DNA of 64,000 bases from an uncultured Gammaproteobacteria bacterium (GCA_963701455.1 CAVPAE010000001.1:84841-148840); one strand, 5' to 3'. Positions 9,907 through 20,689 are shown, counted from the stretch's first letter. Numbers and translations: made by a program. The notes: generated by a model from the letters alone, not told the origin.

Positions 9907-11109
9907 ATGGCGAAGATTCTGGTTGAGGATCCCGAGGAACATACCAAGGTCCCGTTTTTACGCGGTATCCTGATCCGTTCCCTGCAGGACGCGGGGTTGT
10001 CCTTCAAGGAGGCGTACCGCTTCGCCTCGGATATCCGTTCCGACCTGGGTGATGCCCCGCTGATCACCAACCACGCCCTGCACAAGATGGTACTCAAGCG
10101 CCTGCAGGCAACCCGGGGAGACGCGATAGCCAACCGCTACCTGGAACATAACCTGCCCTATACCATCATGGTGGAACAGCGCGACGGTCACCTGACGCCC
10201 TTTTCCAGGCTGGAATACCAGCATTGCCTGGAGACCATCGGTCTGGAAGGCAACGAGGCAAGCAATTTCGTTGCCCTGCTGCACAAGCACCTGACCGACA
10301 GGCACATCGAGAAAATCACATCACGCCGCCTGGGGCTGCTGACCTACCGATACCTGCGCCAATCCCGTGAACTGGGGCCTGCCGTTGCCCAGCGCTGGCT
10401 GGTCTGGCGGGACTTCGCCCACAGCGGCCGCCCGATAATATTCCTGATAGGCGGCACGGCGGGATGCGGCAAAAGCACCACGGCCACCATGCTGGCCAAC
10501 CGGCTGGATATCGTCCGCACCCAGTCGACCGACATGTTGCGCGAGGTGATGCGCACCATGCTGCCAAAACAGCTTATGCCGGTCCTGCACACCTCGTCCT
10601 TTACCGCCTGGACGGCGCTGCCCGGCCATCCCGAAAAAGGCGCCGAGGTTTCGGACGCCCAACTGGTCCATGGTTATCTCAGCCAGGCGGACCTGCTCTC
10701 GGTGGCCATCGGGGCGGTTATCCAGCGAGCCCTGCGCGAGCGCGTTTCGCTGATCCTGGAAGGTGTCCATATCCATCCGGGGTTCGTGGAAAAACTCAGG
10801 GAAACGCTCGGCCCGAGCGGTGACGAGGTTCTGGTCCCCGTCATGCTGGGTGTACTGAAACGCAAGTGGCTGCAGGGCAGGATCCGCGGCCGCAGCACCA
10901 ACGTCCCGCAACGACGGTCGGAACGCTATCTCCAGCATTTCGATGAGATCTGGCGGCTGCAGTCACACCTGCTGTCCGAAGCCGACCGCGCCAATATCCC
11001 CATCGTGGTGAACAGCGACAAGGACAAGGTCTTTAGCGAAATCATGCGTATTACGATCGAGAAGCTGCAGCAGGATTTCACCGGATCCGCACAGGAAGTC
11101 TTTTCATGA
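9907..11109 (+). CDS. 2-phosphoglycerate kinase-like protein (N-terminal ATP-cone-like domain plus P-loop kinase)
   Basis: It is 400 aa with a Walker A (GGTAGCGKST). The overall layout matches archaeal-type 2PGK homologs, but function is inferred from family resemblance only. Confidence 0.55.
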   Translation: MAKILVEDPEEHTKVPFLRGILIRSLQDAGLSFKEAYRFASDIRSDLGDAPLITNHALHKMVLKRLQATRGDAIANRYLEHNLPYTIMVEQRDGHLTPFSRLEYQHCLETIGLEGNEASNFVALLHKHLTDRHIEKITSRRLGLLTYRYLRQSRELGPAVAQRWLVWRDFAHSGRPIIFLIGGTAGCGKSTTATMLANRLDIVRTQSTDMLREVMRTMLPKQLMPVLHTSSFTAWTALPGHPEKGAEVSDAQLVHGYLSQADLLSVAIGAVIQRALRERVSLILEGVHIHPGFVEKLRETLGPSGDEVLVPVMLGVLKRKWLQGRIRGRSTNVPQRRSERYLQHFDEIWRLQSHLLSEADRANIPIVVNSDKDKVFSEIMRITIEKLQQDFTGSAQEVFS

Positions 11110-12377
11110 CACAGCGCAAGGGCCTGATCATTATACTCGACGGGCTGGGTGACCGGCCCATTCCGGGTCTCGATGGCGCCACCCCGCTGGAAGCGGCGCA
11201 CACGCCAAACATGGATGAGCTGGTCTCCAGGGGTCGCTGCGGACTGGTTGATCCCCTGTATCCGGGGGTGCCGGTCAGCACCCATACCGGAGCCGGTGTT
11301 TTATTTGGCATCAATACCCGCGATGCCTATAACCTGCCGCGGGGGCCGGTCGAGGCGGCCGGCACCGGTCTGCCGGTAATGCCCGGCGATATCGCCCTGC
11401 GCTGCAACTTTGCCACGCTCAGGCCGGATGCAGACGGCCTCAAGATCATCGACCGTCGTGCAGGACGCATCCACGAAGGTACCCGCGAGCTCGCGGAGGC
11501 GCTGCAGGAAATCACACTGGAAGACGGATTTTCAGCCAGTGTGCGGCCGGCTACCGGGCACCGTGCCGTGATGCGCCTGTCGGGGCCGGGACCGTTGCCG
11601 GTTGTCAGCGACACGGACCCGGGCTCCGGCGCACAAAACGGCCACGTGCTTGCCTGTCATGCCCTGGACATGGATAACCCGCTGGGAGAACAGACGGCAA
11701 ACGCGATCAATACATTTATCCGGCTCGCCTACGATCGCCTCAAGGAGCACCCGGTAAACCGGAAACGCCTCCAGCAGGGACTCCCGCCCGCCAACGGCAT
11801 CATTACCCGCGGCTCCGGGAGTATCAGCAAGTTACACAACATCATTCACCATATCGGGCTGAGCACTGCCCTCGTTGCCGGCGAAAGTACCATTATCGGG
11901 CTCGCGCAGCTGTCCAACTTCGCGGTCATCTGCAAGCCCGAGTTCACCGCGATGTCAGATACCGACCTCGAGTCAAAGGTTGCCGCCACCCTGACGGCAT
12001 TGCAGGATCATGACCTGGTATTCCTGCACATCAAGGCACCGGATATTTTCTCCCATGACTGCGACCCGGAGGGGAAAAAGGCCTTTCTGGAAAAGGTAGA
12101 CGCCGCACTTGCCCCGCTGCTGCTGCAGGACATCGTGATCGGCGTGAGTGCCGACCACTCGACAGACAGCAACTCCGGCCGCCATTGCGGCGACCCGGTA
12201 CCCTCAATACTGTGCGCTCCGGCAGGTCGCCGCGACCTGTGCCGTGAATTCGGGGAAACGCAGTGTCTGTCCGGCGGACTGGGCAGAATCCCGGCCCGCG
12301 CCCTCCTGCTGACACTGCTCGACGAAATGGGTCGCATGAAGAACTACAGCACCCAGGACAGTTCGTATTTTATTTAA
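11106..12377 (+). CDS. apgM: ApgM-type cofactor-independent phosphoglycerate mutase (alkaline-phosphatase superfamily)
   Basis: The N-terminus has ILDGLGD, which is typical of archaeal-type iPGM. It is 423 aa and overlaps the upstream kinase gene, which suggests translational coupling. Confidence 0.7.
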   Translation: MTQRKGLIIILDGLGDRPIPGLDGATPLEAAHTPNMDELVSRGRCGLVDPLYPGVPVSTHTGAGVLFGINTRDAYNLPRGPVEAAGTGLPVMPGDIALRCNFATLRPDADGLKIIDRRAGRIHEGTRELAEALQEITLEDGFSASVRPATGHRAVMRLSGPGPLPVVSDTDPGSGAQNGHVLACHALDMDNPLGEQTANAINTFIRLAYDRLKEHPVNRKRLQQGLPPANGIITRGSGSISKLHNIIHHIGLSTALVAGESTIIGLAQLSNFAVICKPEFTAMSDTDLESKVAATLTALQDHDLVFLHIKAPDIFSHDCDPEGKKAFLEKVDAALAPLLLQDIVIGVSADHSTDSNSGRHCGDPVPSILCAPAGRRDLCREFGETQCLSGGLGRIPARALLLTLLDEMGRMKNYSTQDSSYFI

Positions 12378-12543
12378 TGTGTCCGGCGGGCAGCCAGAAC
12401 CGCAGGTTGGGTTAAACAACATGAAGCCCAACATGGCAGGACCGGCGGGATTCCCGCTCGTTGGGCTTCGCAGGCTCAGCCCAACCTACATGAATAAATC
12501 AGGGTTCCCCTGACGCACCCGGTGATTCGTCATCCGTCACCCG

Positions 12544-12993
12544 TCACGCAACGTTTTTGTGGTCTCCACTGAGTTCACGGATCAGCGGGTAGAGCTTTTC
12601 CGTCTCCATCTGGATGCGCTGCAGCACCAGTTCGAACATCTCCTCGGAATCCTTCAGAAAGCGGTCATGCTCGGCAATCGCCAGCGTCTCGCCGCGCTTC
12701 TTGGGACACCACTCCTTGGTGTAGGACTGCATGATGCGCTTGATTTCCTGGGAACCCGACATGAAATTGCGCGCAAGCTTCTGGATATCGTGATCGTTAT
12801 GCGACAGCAATTTGCTGTACATGTTGGTGTCCACCAGGTCGATGTGCTCCTTGACCTTGCCCATGTAGCGGTAGAACAACTCACAACAGGTCCCGGTATC
12901 GCACATGGAGCGTTCCTTGAACAGATACAGCAGGACGTTGGAGAGTTCAGTGATGGTGTGGTTCTGGGTATGTAATTCGTCGTAGGTAATCAT
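12544..12993 (-). CDS. Hemerythrin-like (HHE cation-binding) domain protein
   Basis: It is a 149-aa helical protein with His/Glu/Asp spacing consistent with a hemerythrin-like fold. The match is weak. Confidence 0.45.
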   Translation of the reverse strand: MITYDELHTQNHTITELSNVLLYLFKERSMCDTGTCCELFYRYMGKVKEHIDLVDTNMYSKLLSHNDHDIQKLARNFMSGSQEIKRIMQSYTKEWCPKKRGETLAIAEHDRFLKDSEEMFELVLQRIQMETEKLYPLIRELSGDHKNVA

Positions 12994-13125
12994 TGCTAAA
13001 TCCTTCTAATTGGCCCCGCCCCCGGGGATGAAACTGTTACTTGCTGGTGTAACCTGAGGCTAGGGCGTAATCCTGCGCTTGTCAACCGGCCGGGACCAGC
13101 CACCCGGGATCGGCCTGGGAAAAAC

Positions 13126-13491
13126 CTATTTCAGACAATCGGGAACGTAGAATTTATCATCCAGGCTGTAAACCTCATCGAATACCCCGTCACAATTACT
13201 GTCCCGAATCACGTAGTTATGCACCCCGGAATCATTGTCACGCGTGTCCAGGCTCCAGGCCCAGACCACGCCTTCGATGGACATGCTGACCAGGCTGTCA
13301 CCGTTGTCGTTCAGATAGTGTTTGACGTGGGTCTCGTTGACCTTGTCACCGTCCCCGTCTGCATCATTTTCCCGGTGCATGGTAAATCCCTCAAGATCCG
13401 GTGGCGTGAAGCTGGAGGGATCCGCTGCATGGGCGAGTTGCAGTACGGTCGCGCTGGCCAGTGCCAGCAAGGGTATGAGTTTGAGTCGCAT
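13126..13491 (-). CDS. Secreted hypothetical protein
   Basis: It has a signal peptide (MRLKLIPLLALASATVLQLAHA) and a small Asp-rich, Cys-containing mature domain. Confidence 0.5.
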   Translation of the reverse strand: MRLKLIPLLALASATVLQLAHAADPSSFTPPDLEGFTMHRENDADGDGDKVNETHVKHYLNDNGDSLVSMSIEGVVWAWSLDTRDNDSGVHNYVIRDSNCDGVFDEVYSLDDKFYVPDCLK

Positions 13492-13657
13492 TTGAACCTG
13501 CCTGTTGTATGTGTTGTCTACAGGTCTGAATGCCTGCAGGCAATGGTTCATAAGAGTCTAGCATAGAGTTCTGCGGCGGCACGACAGTTGACCGGGATGC
13601 ATTTTGAAACAGCATCCAGTATCGTAAATCAGCCTATCAATACAAACTGCCATATCC

Positions 13658-14239
13658 ATGCAACCACCGGTCAAGACAATGCGCAAGCGGACAGCGGACA
13701 TTAGCCGCCACCTTATCCTGCTGATTACAGCCGTTTACCTGATGGCAGCACTTTATGCTCCAGGCGCGCACGGCGCCGGCGAGTTGATGCCCTACCCCGA
13801 TGCCGGAGAAACGCCTGAACTCAGTCTGGCTGACACCCGCGGCGAAGTACATGACCTGGCGGATTATCGCGGCAAGGTGGTGCTGGTGAATTTCTGGGCC
13901 AGCTGGTGCCCGCCCTGCATCAAGGAGATGCCGGGCCTGCAAAAATTACAGGCAAAACTGGCAGACAGACCGTTCTCGATTCTTGCCGTAAATGTCGGTG
14001 AGAAGCGCTACGATGTCTGGAAATTCACGAAACTGGTGGACTTCACCCTGCCAACACCGCTGGACACGTACAAACGGACCTTCAGCGCCTGGGGGGCCGA
14101 GGTACTGCCCACCAGTTTCCTGCTGGACACCCGGGGACAGGTTCGCTACCGGGTCCAGGGTGACCTGGAGTGGGATACCCCCGAAGTCATATCGCTGATC
14201 GAGGAGTTGCTTGCCGAGGTGGACACCGCCAGTGAATAA
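13658..14239 (+). CDS. TlpA/ResA-like periplasmic thiol:disulfide oxidoreductase
   Basis: It has an N-terminal membrane anchor and a thioredoxin fold with the active site WASWCPPCIKEMP. Confidence 0.75.
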   Translation: MQPPVKTMRKRTADISRHLILLITAVYLMAALYAPGAHGAGELMPYPDAGETPELSLADTRGEVHDLADYRGKVVLVNFWASWCPPCIKEMPGLQKLQAKLADRPFSILAVNVGEKRYDVWKFTKLVDFTLPTPLDTYKRTFSAWGAEVLPTSFLLDTRGQVRYRVQGDLEWDTPEVISLIEELLAEVDTASE

Positions 14240-14685
14240 ACCCGTCTGGCTTGCTGGCGCCCTGCTGCTGGCGTGGCTGGCGCCGCAAGCCACCAGCGCC
14301 GATGCCGCTATCGCACCGTGCCGCCGTCGAGCACCTCTTCACCCTGACCCGGTTACAGCAGAAAATCGACGAGAGCGTGCAGACGGTCGCCATGCTGCAA
14401 CTGCAACAGAATCCCGAACTGGCGCCGCGCCGCGATGACCTCACAGCCTTCCTGGAGCAGCACATCGGCTGGAATGCCCTGCATGAGGACCTTGTCCAGA
14501 TGTACCTGCAGGCATTCAACGAGCAGGAACTCGAAACCATCAACGCCTTCTACAGCACAGCGGCCGGGCAAAAGATCATCACCACGGTGCCGCAACTCGT
14601 AGCGGAGCGAAACCGGCTAGCCAGGCAGCGACTGCAGGACAACATGGCGGAGTTCCACGCAATCGTCAGCGGCGGGAAGGAATGA
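14232..14685 (+). pseudogene. DUF2059 periplasmic protein with a frameshift between its signal peptide and mature domain
   Basis: A GTG-initiated signal peptide (VNKPVWLAGALLLAWLAPQATSADA) overlaps the tlpA stop as GTGAATAA. It is in a different frame from the downstream DUF2059-like domain, which is the 14251..14685 ORF. Confidence 0.5.
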
Positions 14686-14877
14686 TCGCGGTCAGAAGAC
14701 CGCTCCTACACGCACCGGATACACTGTAGGAGTACCCCACTGGGCATAAACGCCGCCCTTTGGCGCAATTACCTGTAACCCCATCGCGGTCAGGAGACCG
14801 CTCCTGCCCTCTCCGGATGCACCGTAGGAGCGCAGCCCTTCGGCGCGAGAAACCTACGCGGATTGTCACAAAAAAGG

Positions 14878-14903
14878 GGAAGCTTGCGCTTCCCCTCTTC
14901 CTC
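14878..14903 (-). terminator. Intrinsic terminator downstream of cytochrome gene 1
   Basis: On the minus strand there is a GGGGAAGC-GCAA-GCTTCCCC hairpin followed by a T6 run. A second hairpin (GGGGGCG-CGAA-CGCCCCC) sits at about 14917-14940. Confidence 0.7.
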
Positions 14904-14950
14904 CTGATTTGTGGTCAACGGGGGCGCGAACGCCCCCGTGACATTTACTG

Positions 14951-17900
14951 CTACCAGCCGCAGGTACTGCCGGCCTTCAGCTCTGACACGTAGGTCCACA
15001 CCTTCTCGGCGACACGACCCTTGACCAGGTGCTCCTTCCACTCCTTGCCGTCCGAGCCACTGCACTGCACATGGCTGCTCTCGTCGCCGTGGCAACCGCG
15101 GCAGACGGTAGTGAGCGGATTCACACCGTTATAACCGATATCCGGGTTCGGTTCGGGATCGCCGAACACGTGCCCTGTCTTATCGATTTCCGCCTTGTCC
15201 ATGGCGCCACGAGAGACACGGCCCTTGTCGGTATGCTCCAGCCATTCTTCCTCGTCGATCTTAACCTTATCCCACTCGTCACCGTGGCAATTCTTGCAGA
15301 CCTCGTTTCTGGGACTTGCCTCTTCCGTATAGGTGTGCATCCAGCTCACCGCGCGGTCGAAGTTGCTGCCGATGCTCTGGCCCTTGTACCTGAGGTTGTC
15401 TACCCAGGTCGGGATGCCGTTGCTGTCCACAGCGTGACAGGTACCGCACTTCAGCGGACCGTGTGAACCGTCGTGGTTCAGGCTCGCCGCCTGCGCATAC
15501 GACGTGGTGTCGATGTCCGGCGTCACCGGATACAGACCGTGGATCGACTCATGACAGCCCTGACAGCTGATGTCCTGGTGACCACGCGAGTAACGCATCA
15601 GGCTGGCCTTCTGCGGGTAGTTGAACGGCGGGAATGCATTGATGTTGCCGCTCTGCTCCACGTAAGGCGCCGCGTGACAGTCCGCACAGTGCGGTTCGCC
15701 GGCTGACAGCCAGTGATCCCGACCGTCGGTCGCTGCCGAGAACGGCACCGGTACCGCCGCCGAGTTGCTCAGCTTCGCCTGCGCCGCCGCCACACAATCC
15801 TGCGTGGTGCAGAAATCCATGGCATTTACACTGAAGTCGCCATCACCGTCCAGCGAACCGCAGATCTGGAAGTCCGATCCATTCTGGCCGTCACAATCCG
15901 GTCCCGGTACGCCGAACCCGGTCGAGCAGCTCTGGCCCGGCAGGGCCACTTCGATGGTCGCCACGTTGCCGTCCATCGCAGGAATGCCGGGGTCGCCGAA
16001 CAGCACGCCCACGTGGGCACACAGCCCCGGATCACTCTTCCAGATGTCATGAGTGGTATCACCGGTACGCGAACCGCCGTCCGGGAAGGTCGGGTTGACC
16101 AGCGGATCTGCCGGATCCAGCCACGACTTCACCTGATTCATGGTGTAGCTGGTGTTCAGCGCTGCATTCACCGCAAGCCGCACATCGTTCAGCGTTCCGC
16201 CTGCCGGCTCACGTACGTGACCCGCATCACCCGGCCTGGCATGCACCAGGCTGTCCACGTCCTCGGCCTTCCACATTTCCTGACCAAACTGCTGGTGACA
16301 GTTGGTGCACCACAGGCCGCCGTTCACGCTGTTGCCGTCGTTGAACACGTTGTCCGACAGCCACGTACCCACTGGATTCAGATGCACCGGTGTCTCCGCA
16401 CCGTCCGTATCCTTGCCCGGGTTGGAGTGCACGTCACGGCCGACGAAACAGCCGCCGTTGGCATCGCGGTTATCCGTAGTGGCGTAGAAGTTCTCGCCAG
16501 TCAGCGTGATCGGGTAGCCGCTCATGTCGCCGCTGGAACGGTGCGCCGGGTGACAACCCTGACAACCACCACTACGGCCCTCACCGTCGCCAAAGACGAT
16601 GTCACCACCCTCACTGACGCCCTTATGGTTATTGTGAATCGCCTCCGTCACCGGCGGGATGACCTGACCGCCATTGTGAGTCGCCGACTTCACTACCGCA
16701 ATCACGTTATCCGCATGACACTTCTGGCAGATCACACTCTCGTGGCCCAGACGCGTGTTCTGCGGGGCTACCCCACCCACATCCGCGCCAGGATAGTTGT
16801 CCGTGAAACTCGTGCCGTGTTCCACGTCATGACCGTGCAGCATACTGATGGCCGCACTCTTCAGACGTGAGTACCAGTCCGAGTCACCGGCGCCTGTATC
16901 GATGCCGTAGTAGCCGCTCCAGAAGTTGTACTCCTGTTGTACCAGCGCCCACTGGGCCGGATCATCGTTCGGCGTGTTCGGGGTAGCCGGCGCATTCGAG
17001 TGACAACGCTCGCAGTTCGGAATGTCGATCGGTGCCGTACCGAAGCCGATCACCGGGTCGCCATTGCTGTCCAGCACCGGTGTACCGTTGCTGCCGCCGT
17101 CGTAGTGGTACATCTGCGCCTTCATCGCCACGAACGGCCGTACCGAGTCCTCGTCCACCAGTCCCGGATCACCGAAGAAGTCGATGCTGTCCTCGAACGG
17201 CGTTAGCGGCAGGCCCAGGGCCTCCCAGATATTCGGCGAGGTCAGCATGACCGGCAGGTTCTCCAGCACCTTCATCTGCGTGAACACCACCGTGCCATGC
17301 TCGCCTGAGTAGGTCAGCACGTTGCCGTTGGAGAAACCACCACAGTCGTTGGGCGCACCACCCGTGGTAACCGGACCCATCGGGTGCAGCGCAGGACCGC
17401 AGTCGTTCGGGTAGGCCACCATGCCATCAACACCCAGGCGGATCTTGTCGGCATCCGCCGAGGTACCCGTGCTGTTACTGCCTTCCAGGTCCTCGTAGAA
17501 GTACAGGTGGTTCCACACCGCGTTCTGGTAGTTGTCGGTGGGATCGGTCAGATCGCCGTCACCCAGCACTACATCGTCGGCACCGTTGTAGGGGCCGGTT
17601 ACGAAGGTACCGTCCGGGTTCAGCGCCGCTGAATCGAACGTGGTATTCCAGGCCATCAGCGAGTTGCCCTCGACCGCACTGATCAGCGTACTGGTCTGCG
17701 GCTTGCCATTGCCGTCATTGCGCGGCTGTGCGTCGTGCCAGTACTTCAGCACGTACTTCTTGAAGTTGTTGCTGCCATCCAGCGACTTGTCGCGCAGCAC
17801 CGTCTCGCGGCCGAGACCGTCCTTGCCAACATTCGGGTCGCCTTCCAGCAACGCGGGGAAAGAAAAGTCTTCGTCCTCGTGCCCACCCGGGCCTGCAGGC

Positions 17901-18466
17901 TTGACTACCTGAGCCAGGATGGAGTTATACACCGGCAGCACGCAGCAGTAGGCGAACTCGAAACCGGTGCAGTGCATGCCCAGCTCGTAGTTCATCATGA
18001 TCTTGAAATCAGTCTGCGTCGGGAGATCCACCTGTGGCGGAGGCAGCGTGGTCGTGGTCGTCACCGCGGCCGTTGTCGTCGTCGTTGACGTGGTCGTGGT
18101 CGTTCCTCCGCCAGCACAATTGGACGGGGCGTTATTCACATCCCTGAAATCTGTCTTGCCATCGAACTGTACAGCCTTAACCTTGCAGGGTACGGACGAA
18201 GTACTGGAATAGGATTTGCTCACACTCCACTTGCGGTAACGGCAACTGGTGTCGGTAGCGACATATGCACCGCTGTCAGCATTGGTCACGGTTGCACTGA
18301 AATTGCGGCTCCTGTCGCAACTGCCATTGACACTGAGCCTCCCACTACTCCAGCTGGCCGAGTCGATGTCAAAAGAAGCCGCTGCGTTGCCCGAAAAGGC
18401 AAGCACGCCCGCCAGCAGCACCAGCAAGCCGCTACAGCGGGTCCACATTGATAGTTTTCGTCTCAT
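14951..18466 (-). CDS. Giant nonaheme c-type cytochrome, paralog 1 (signal peptide, Ig-like N-domain, poly-Thr linker, 9 CxxCH)
   Basis: The 1186-aa ORF has nine CxxCH motifs (CERCH, CQKCH, CQGCH, CTNCH, CADCH, CQGCH, CGTCH, CKNCH, CRGCH). The linker is TTTTTSTTTTTAAVTTTTTLPPP, followed by the conserved motif NYELGMHCTGFEFAYCCVLPVYNSILAQVVK. The start was chosen at MRRKLSMW, which follows a GGAGG RBS. Confidence 0.85.
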   Translation of the reverse strand: MRRKLSMWTRCSGLLVLLAGVLAFSGNAAASFDIDSASWSSGRLSVNGSCDRSRNFSATVTNADSGAYVATDTSCRYRKWSVSKSYSSTSSVPCKVKAVQFDGKTDFRDVNNAPSNCAGGGTTTTTSTTTTTAAVTTTTTLPPPQVDLPTQTDFKIMMNYELGMHCTGFEFAYCCVLPVYNSILAQVVKPAGPGGHEDEDFSFPALLEGDPNVGKDGLGRETVLRDKSLDGSNNFKKYVLKYWHDAQPRNDGNGKPQTSTLISAVEGNSLMAWNTTFDSAALNPDGTFVTGPYNGADDVVLGDGDLTDPTDNYQNAVWNHLYFYEDLEGSNSTGTSADADKIRLGVDGMVAYPNDCGPALHPMGPVTTGGAPNDCGGFSNGNVLTYSGEHGTVVFTQMKVLENLPVMLTSPNIWEALGLPLTPFEDSIDFFGDPGLVDEDSVRPFVAMKAQMYHYDGGSNGTPVLDSNGDPVIGFGTAPIDIPNCERCHSNAPATPNTPNDDPAQWALVQQEYNFWSGYYGIDTGAGDSDWYSRLKSAAISMLHGHDVEHGTSFTDNYPGADVGGVAPQNTRLGHESVICQKCHADNVIAVVKSATHNGGQVIPPVTEAIHNNHKGVSEGGDIVFGDGEGRSGGCQGCHPAHRSSGDMSGYPITLTGENFYATTDNRDANGGCFVGRDVHSNPGKDTDGAETPVHLNPVGTWLSDNVFNDGNSVNGGLWCTNCHQQFGQEMWKAEDVDSLVHARPGDAGHVREPAGGTLNDVRLAVNAALNTSYTMNQVKSWLDPADPLVNPTFPDGGSRTGDTTHDIWKSDPGLCAHVGVLFGDPGIPAMDGNVATIEVALPGQSCSTGFGVPGPDCDGQNGSDFQICGSLDGDGDFSVNAMDFCTTQDCVAAAQAKLSNSAAVPVPFSAATDGRDHWLSAGEPHCADCHAAPYVEQSGNINAFPPFNYPQKASLMRYSRGHQDISCQGCHESIHGLYPVTPDIDTTSYAQAASLNHDGSHGPLKCGTCHAVDSNGIPTWVDNLRYKGQSIGSNFDRAVSWMHTYTEEASPRNEVCKNCHGDEWDKVKIDEEEWLEHTDKGRVSRGAMDKAEIDKTGHVFGDPEPNPDIGYNGVNPLTTVCRGCHGDESSHVQCSGSDGKEWKEHLVKGRVAEKVWTYVSELKAGSTCGW

Positions 18467-18604
18467 TTCCTGTTCCTCCCAAGGATGGCTACCCTTCCCC
18501 CAATTGCACAAATTTACACATGCCGTACTTGAATACTGAAAGCATCATCTCATATATGGGAAGTTATTCCCATAGGGATAAATTTCCCAACTACAGCAGC
18601 AAAG

Positions 18605-18619
18605 GCAAATTTCGCTCCA
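18605..18619 (-). promoter_or_regulatory. Candidate sigma54 -24/-12 promoter for cytochrome 1 (minus-strand TGGAGC-N5-TTTGC)
   Basis: The GG and GC elements have canonical spacing and lie about 130 nt upstream of the start codon. A TGYCAG-type repeat array lies 100-170 bp further upstream. Confidence 0.35.
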
Positions 18620-18710
18620 GAACCCTTCCAGCAACATAAGTAGATGTACTTACGGCAGAATCCGGTAATTCAGTAATTCCAGACATACTGATGCTGCCCC
18701 TGATGACATC

Positions 18711-18770
18711 TTTGTCTGCCAGATTTGTCAGTATTGCCTGCCAGATATGGCAGACATAACGGGATGTCAC
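18711..18770. promoter_or_regulatory. Array of TTGTCTG/TTGTCAG/CTGCCAG/TGGCAG/ATGTCAC motifs (candidate enhancer/UAS)
   Basis: Five hexamer-like repeats plus the near-palindrome CTGCCAGATATGGCAG. The motif family is the same as the arrays upstream of cytochrome 2 and of the EBP gene. Confidence 0.4.
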
Positions 18771-19009
18771 TCCAACGCCAGCAACGTCAGGATACCGGGC
18801 GGCAACAGCGTGTCGCCGTGACGGACCGCGCAGAGGGGGAAACGGAGCACGGGATGAATGCCGGAATATCAATGACCGGCATCCATACGGAACGCTTGAC
18901 CTGGCGAAATGCAAACTGCCTGACCTGTGTTCAGGCCGGGCAGTTTATCAAGCAATGGTTCGCGGGCGTGTTGCCCGCGTGATGTTGCAGTATCAGAATA
19001 TCGCTTCGG

Positions 19010-20552
19010 CTATTGCTCCTTCTCCATCATCTCCCTCAGGTCCGCCTCGCGCTCGGACGTAACCGATCCTTCCCTGGCGGCCTTTTCGGTCAGCCCGGCA
19101 ATAAACTCGGCCTCACGCTTGAACTGGCGTGCCAGCTCCTCTTGATTGACGGCCACCTTGAAATCGTTCTTGCGCAACCCGATGACATAGTTGTCGAGTT
19201 TTTCGCCCATGTACAGGCGCAAGGTCATGCGGCGCGTCTGCGGCTCGCCCAGGTTAATCAGCTGGGCATCCTGCACGTCCAGCACCTTCACCAGGTGCCA
19301 GCCAGCCGGTGATTCCACCGGCCCACCCAGCACATCGGGTTCCAGGAAGAAGGTAAATTCATCCAGCTCCGGGAAACCGCTGCCGTGCAATACCCAACCC
19401 ATGTCACCCAGGGTCTGCTTCGCGGTGGGATCAATCGAATATTCCATGGCCGCCTGGAACATCGTCAGCTCACCGGCATCGATTCTCTGCTTGATGTCCT
19501 CGGCCTCCGCCTGCGTCTTCAACACAACCATCTGTACCTTGCGCATTTCCGGCACGCTGATCTGGTCCTTGTTGGCCTCGAAAAAGACTCTCAGTTCTTC
19601 GTCGGTAGGCATCCAGTCGTGTATCAGCTGACTGCGATGCAGGTTGATCAGGCGGGTCTTGCGGTATTCGCGAGTCCGCTCAACGTAGGATGGATCCGAC
19701 TCCAGACCGGCGGCGCGCCCTTTTATTGCCATCACCCGGGTATCGATGTATACATCCAGGCGTTTGAGCCGCTCGGTGTCGCTATCGAGAAAGAATTCCG
19801 CACTTTCAGCGCGCTTGTCCGCACCCCGCATCAACTCGCTGACTTCACCCCAGGTAATTGTGGTGTCATCCACCGTTGCTACGACTGTATCCTCCGTGCG
19901 CGCCTCATCACCTTCGGGGTTGAGAACATCAGGCTCTATCTCCACGGTTGCACCTTCACGAATACGTGAGCGCAGCCGGGTTTTCAGGGTATTCAGCTTG
20001 GCGTTGCGCAGACTGGCCTCGATGGCAAACCTGCTGTCCGCCGTCAGTTCATCCCCCTCCTTGGCCGTGCTGCATGAAGGACTCCTGGACCTCTTCCTCG
20101 CTAACCTGGATATCACCGTAGAGGATCTTTGAGCGGTACAGACTCGCCAGGACTGCCTCTTCAAAACGACGGATGTCCTGCTGGTAGACCGGTTGCTGAT
20201 CAACCCCCTTCTGCAAGGCATCGAGGTACAGCAGGTTGGCACTGATTGCCTTGTCCAGCAGGGTGATGATGGTCTGATTGCGCTCCGGCGTCCCGAGTGC
20301 AGGAATCGACAGGCCCACCATGGCCGAACTGTTCAGCATGGTATTGAGCAGGCTGAAGGTGATCTCCTCCGCCTCCACCGTGGCCACCACGTCGGTGAAC
20401 TCCTCGGCCGTCGCGGCCTGTGACATGGGAGCCGCGGTTGGCGGCGCGCTGCTTGCCGCCGTGTCATTCGACGGTTCGCTGCAGCCTCCCAGCAGGAACA
20501 GTCCAAGTACGATCGGTGTCAGGCATGTGAAGCTGATGTTGTTATGGCGCAT
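19010..20552 (-). pseudogene. Parvulin-type PPIase (SurA/PpiD-like) paralog 1, frameshifted
   Basis: The lipoprotein-like N-terminus (MRHNNISFTCLTPIVLGLFLLGGC) with the SurA-like N-domain is in one frame (ORF 20049..20615). The rest, including the parvulin domain (GWHLVKVLD), is in another (ORF 19010..20242). The frames switch at a GGGGG run near 20050. It is collinear with the intact 507-aa paralog at 38986..40443. Confidence 0.7.
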
Positions 20553-20656
20553 GATTGTTTTTTCCGAAGTCAGGTGAACGATATATCCTAATATACAAAT
20601 AGACTGTTGCGCCAATGGCGCCGCAGAACGGTAGCGTTCGAGGTCAAAATAAAGTC

Positions 20657-20689
20657 AAAAAAAAGGGAGAGGAAGTAGCTTCCTCTCCC
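20657..20689 (-). terminator. Intrinsic terminator downstream of cytochrome gene 2
   Basis: On the minus strand there is a GGGAGAGGAAG-CTAC-TTCCTCTCCC hairpin followed by T8. Confidence 0.75.
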
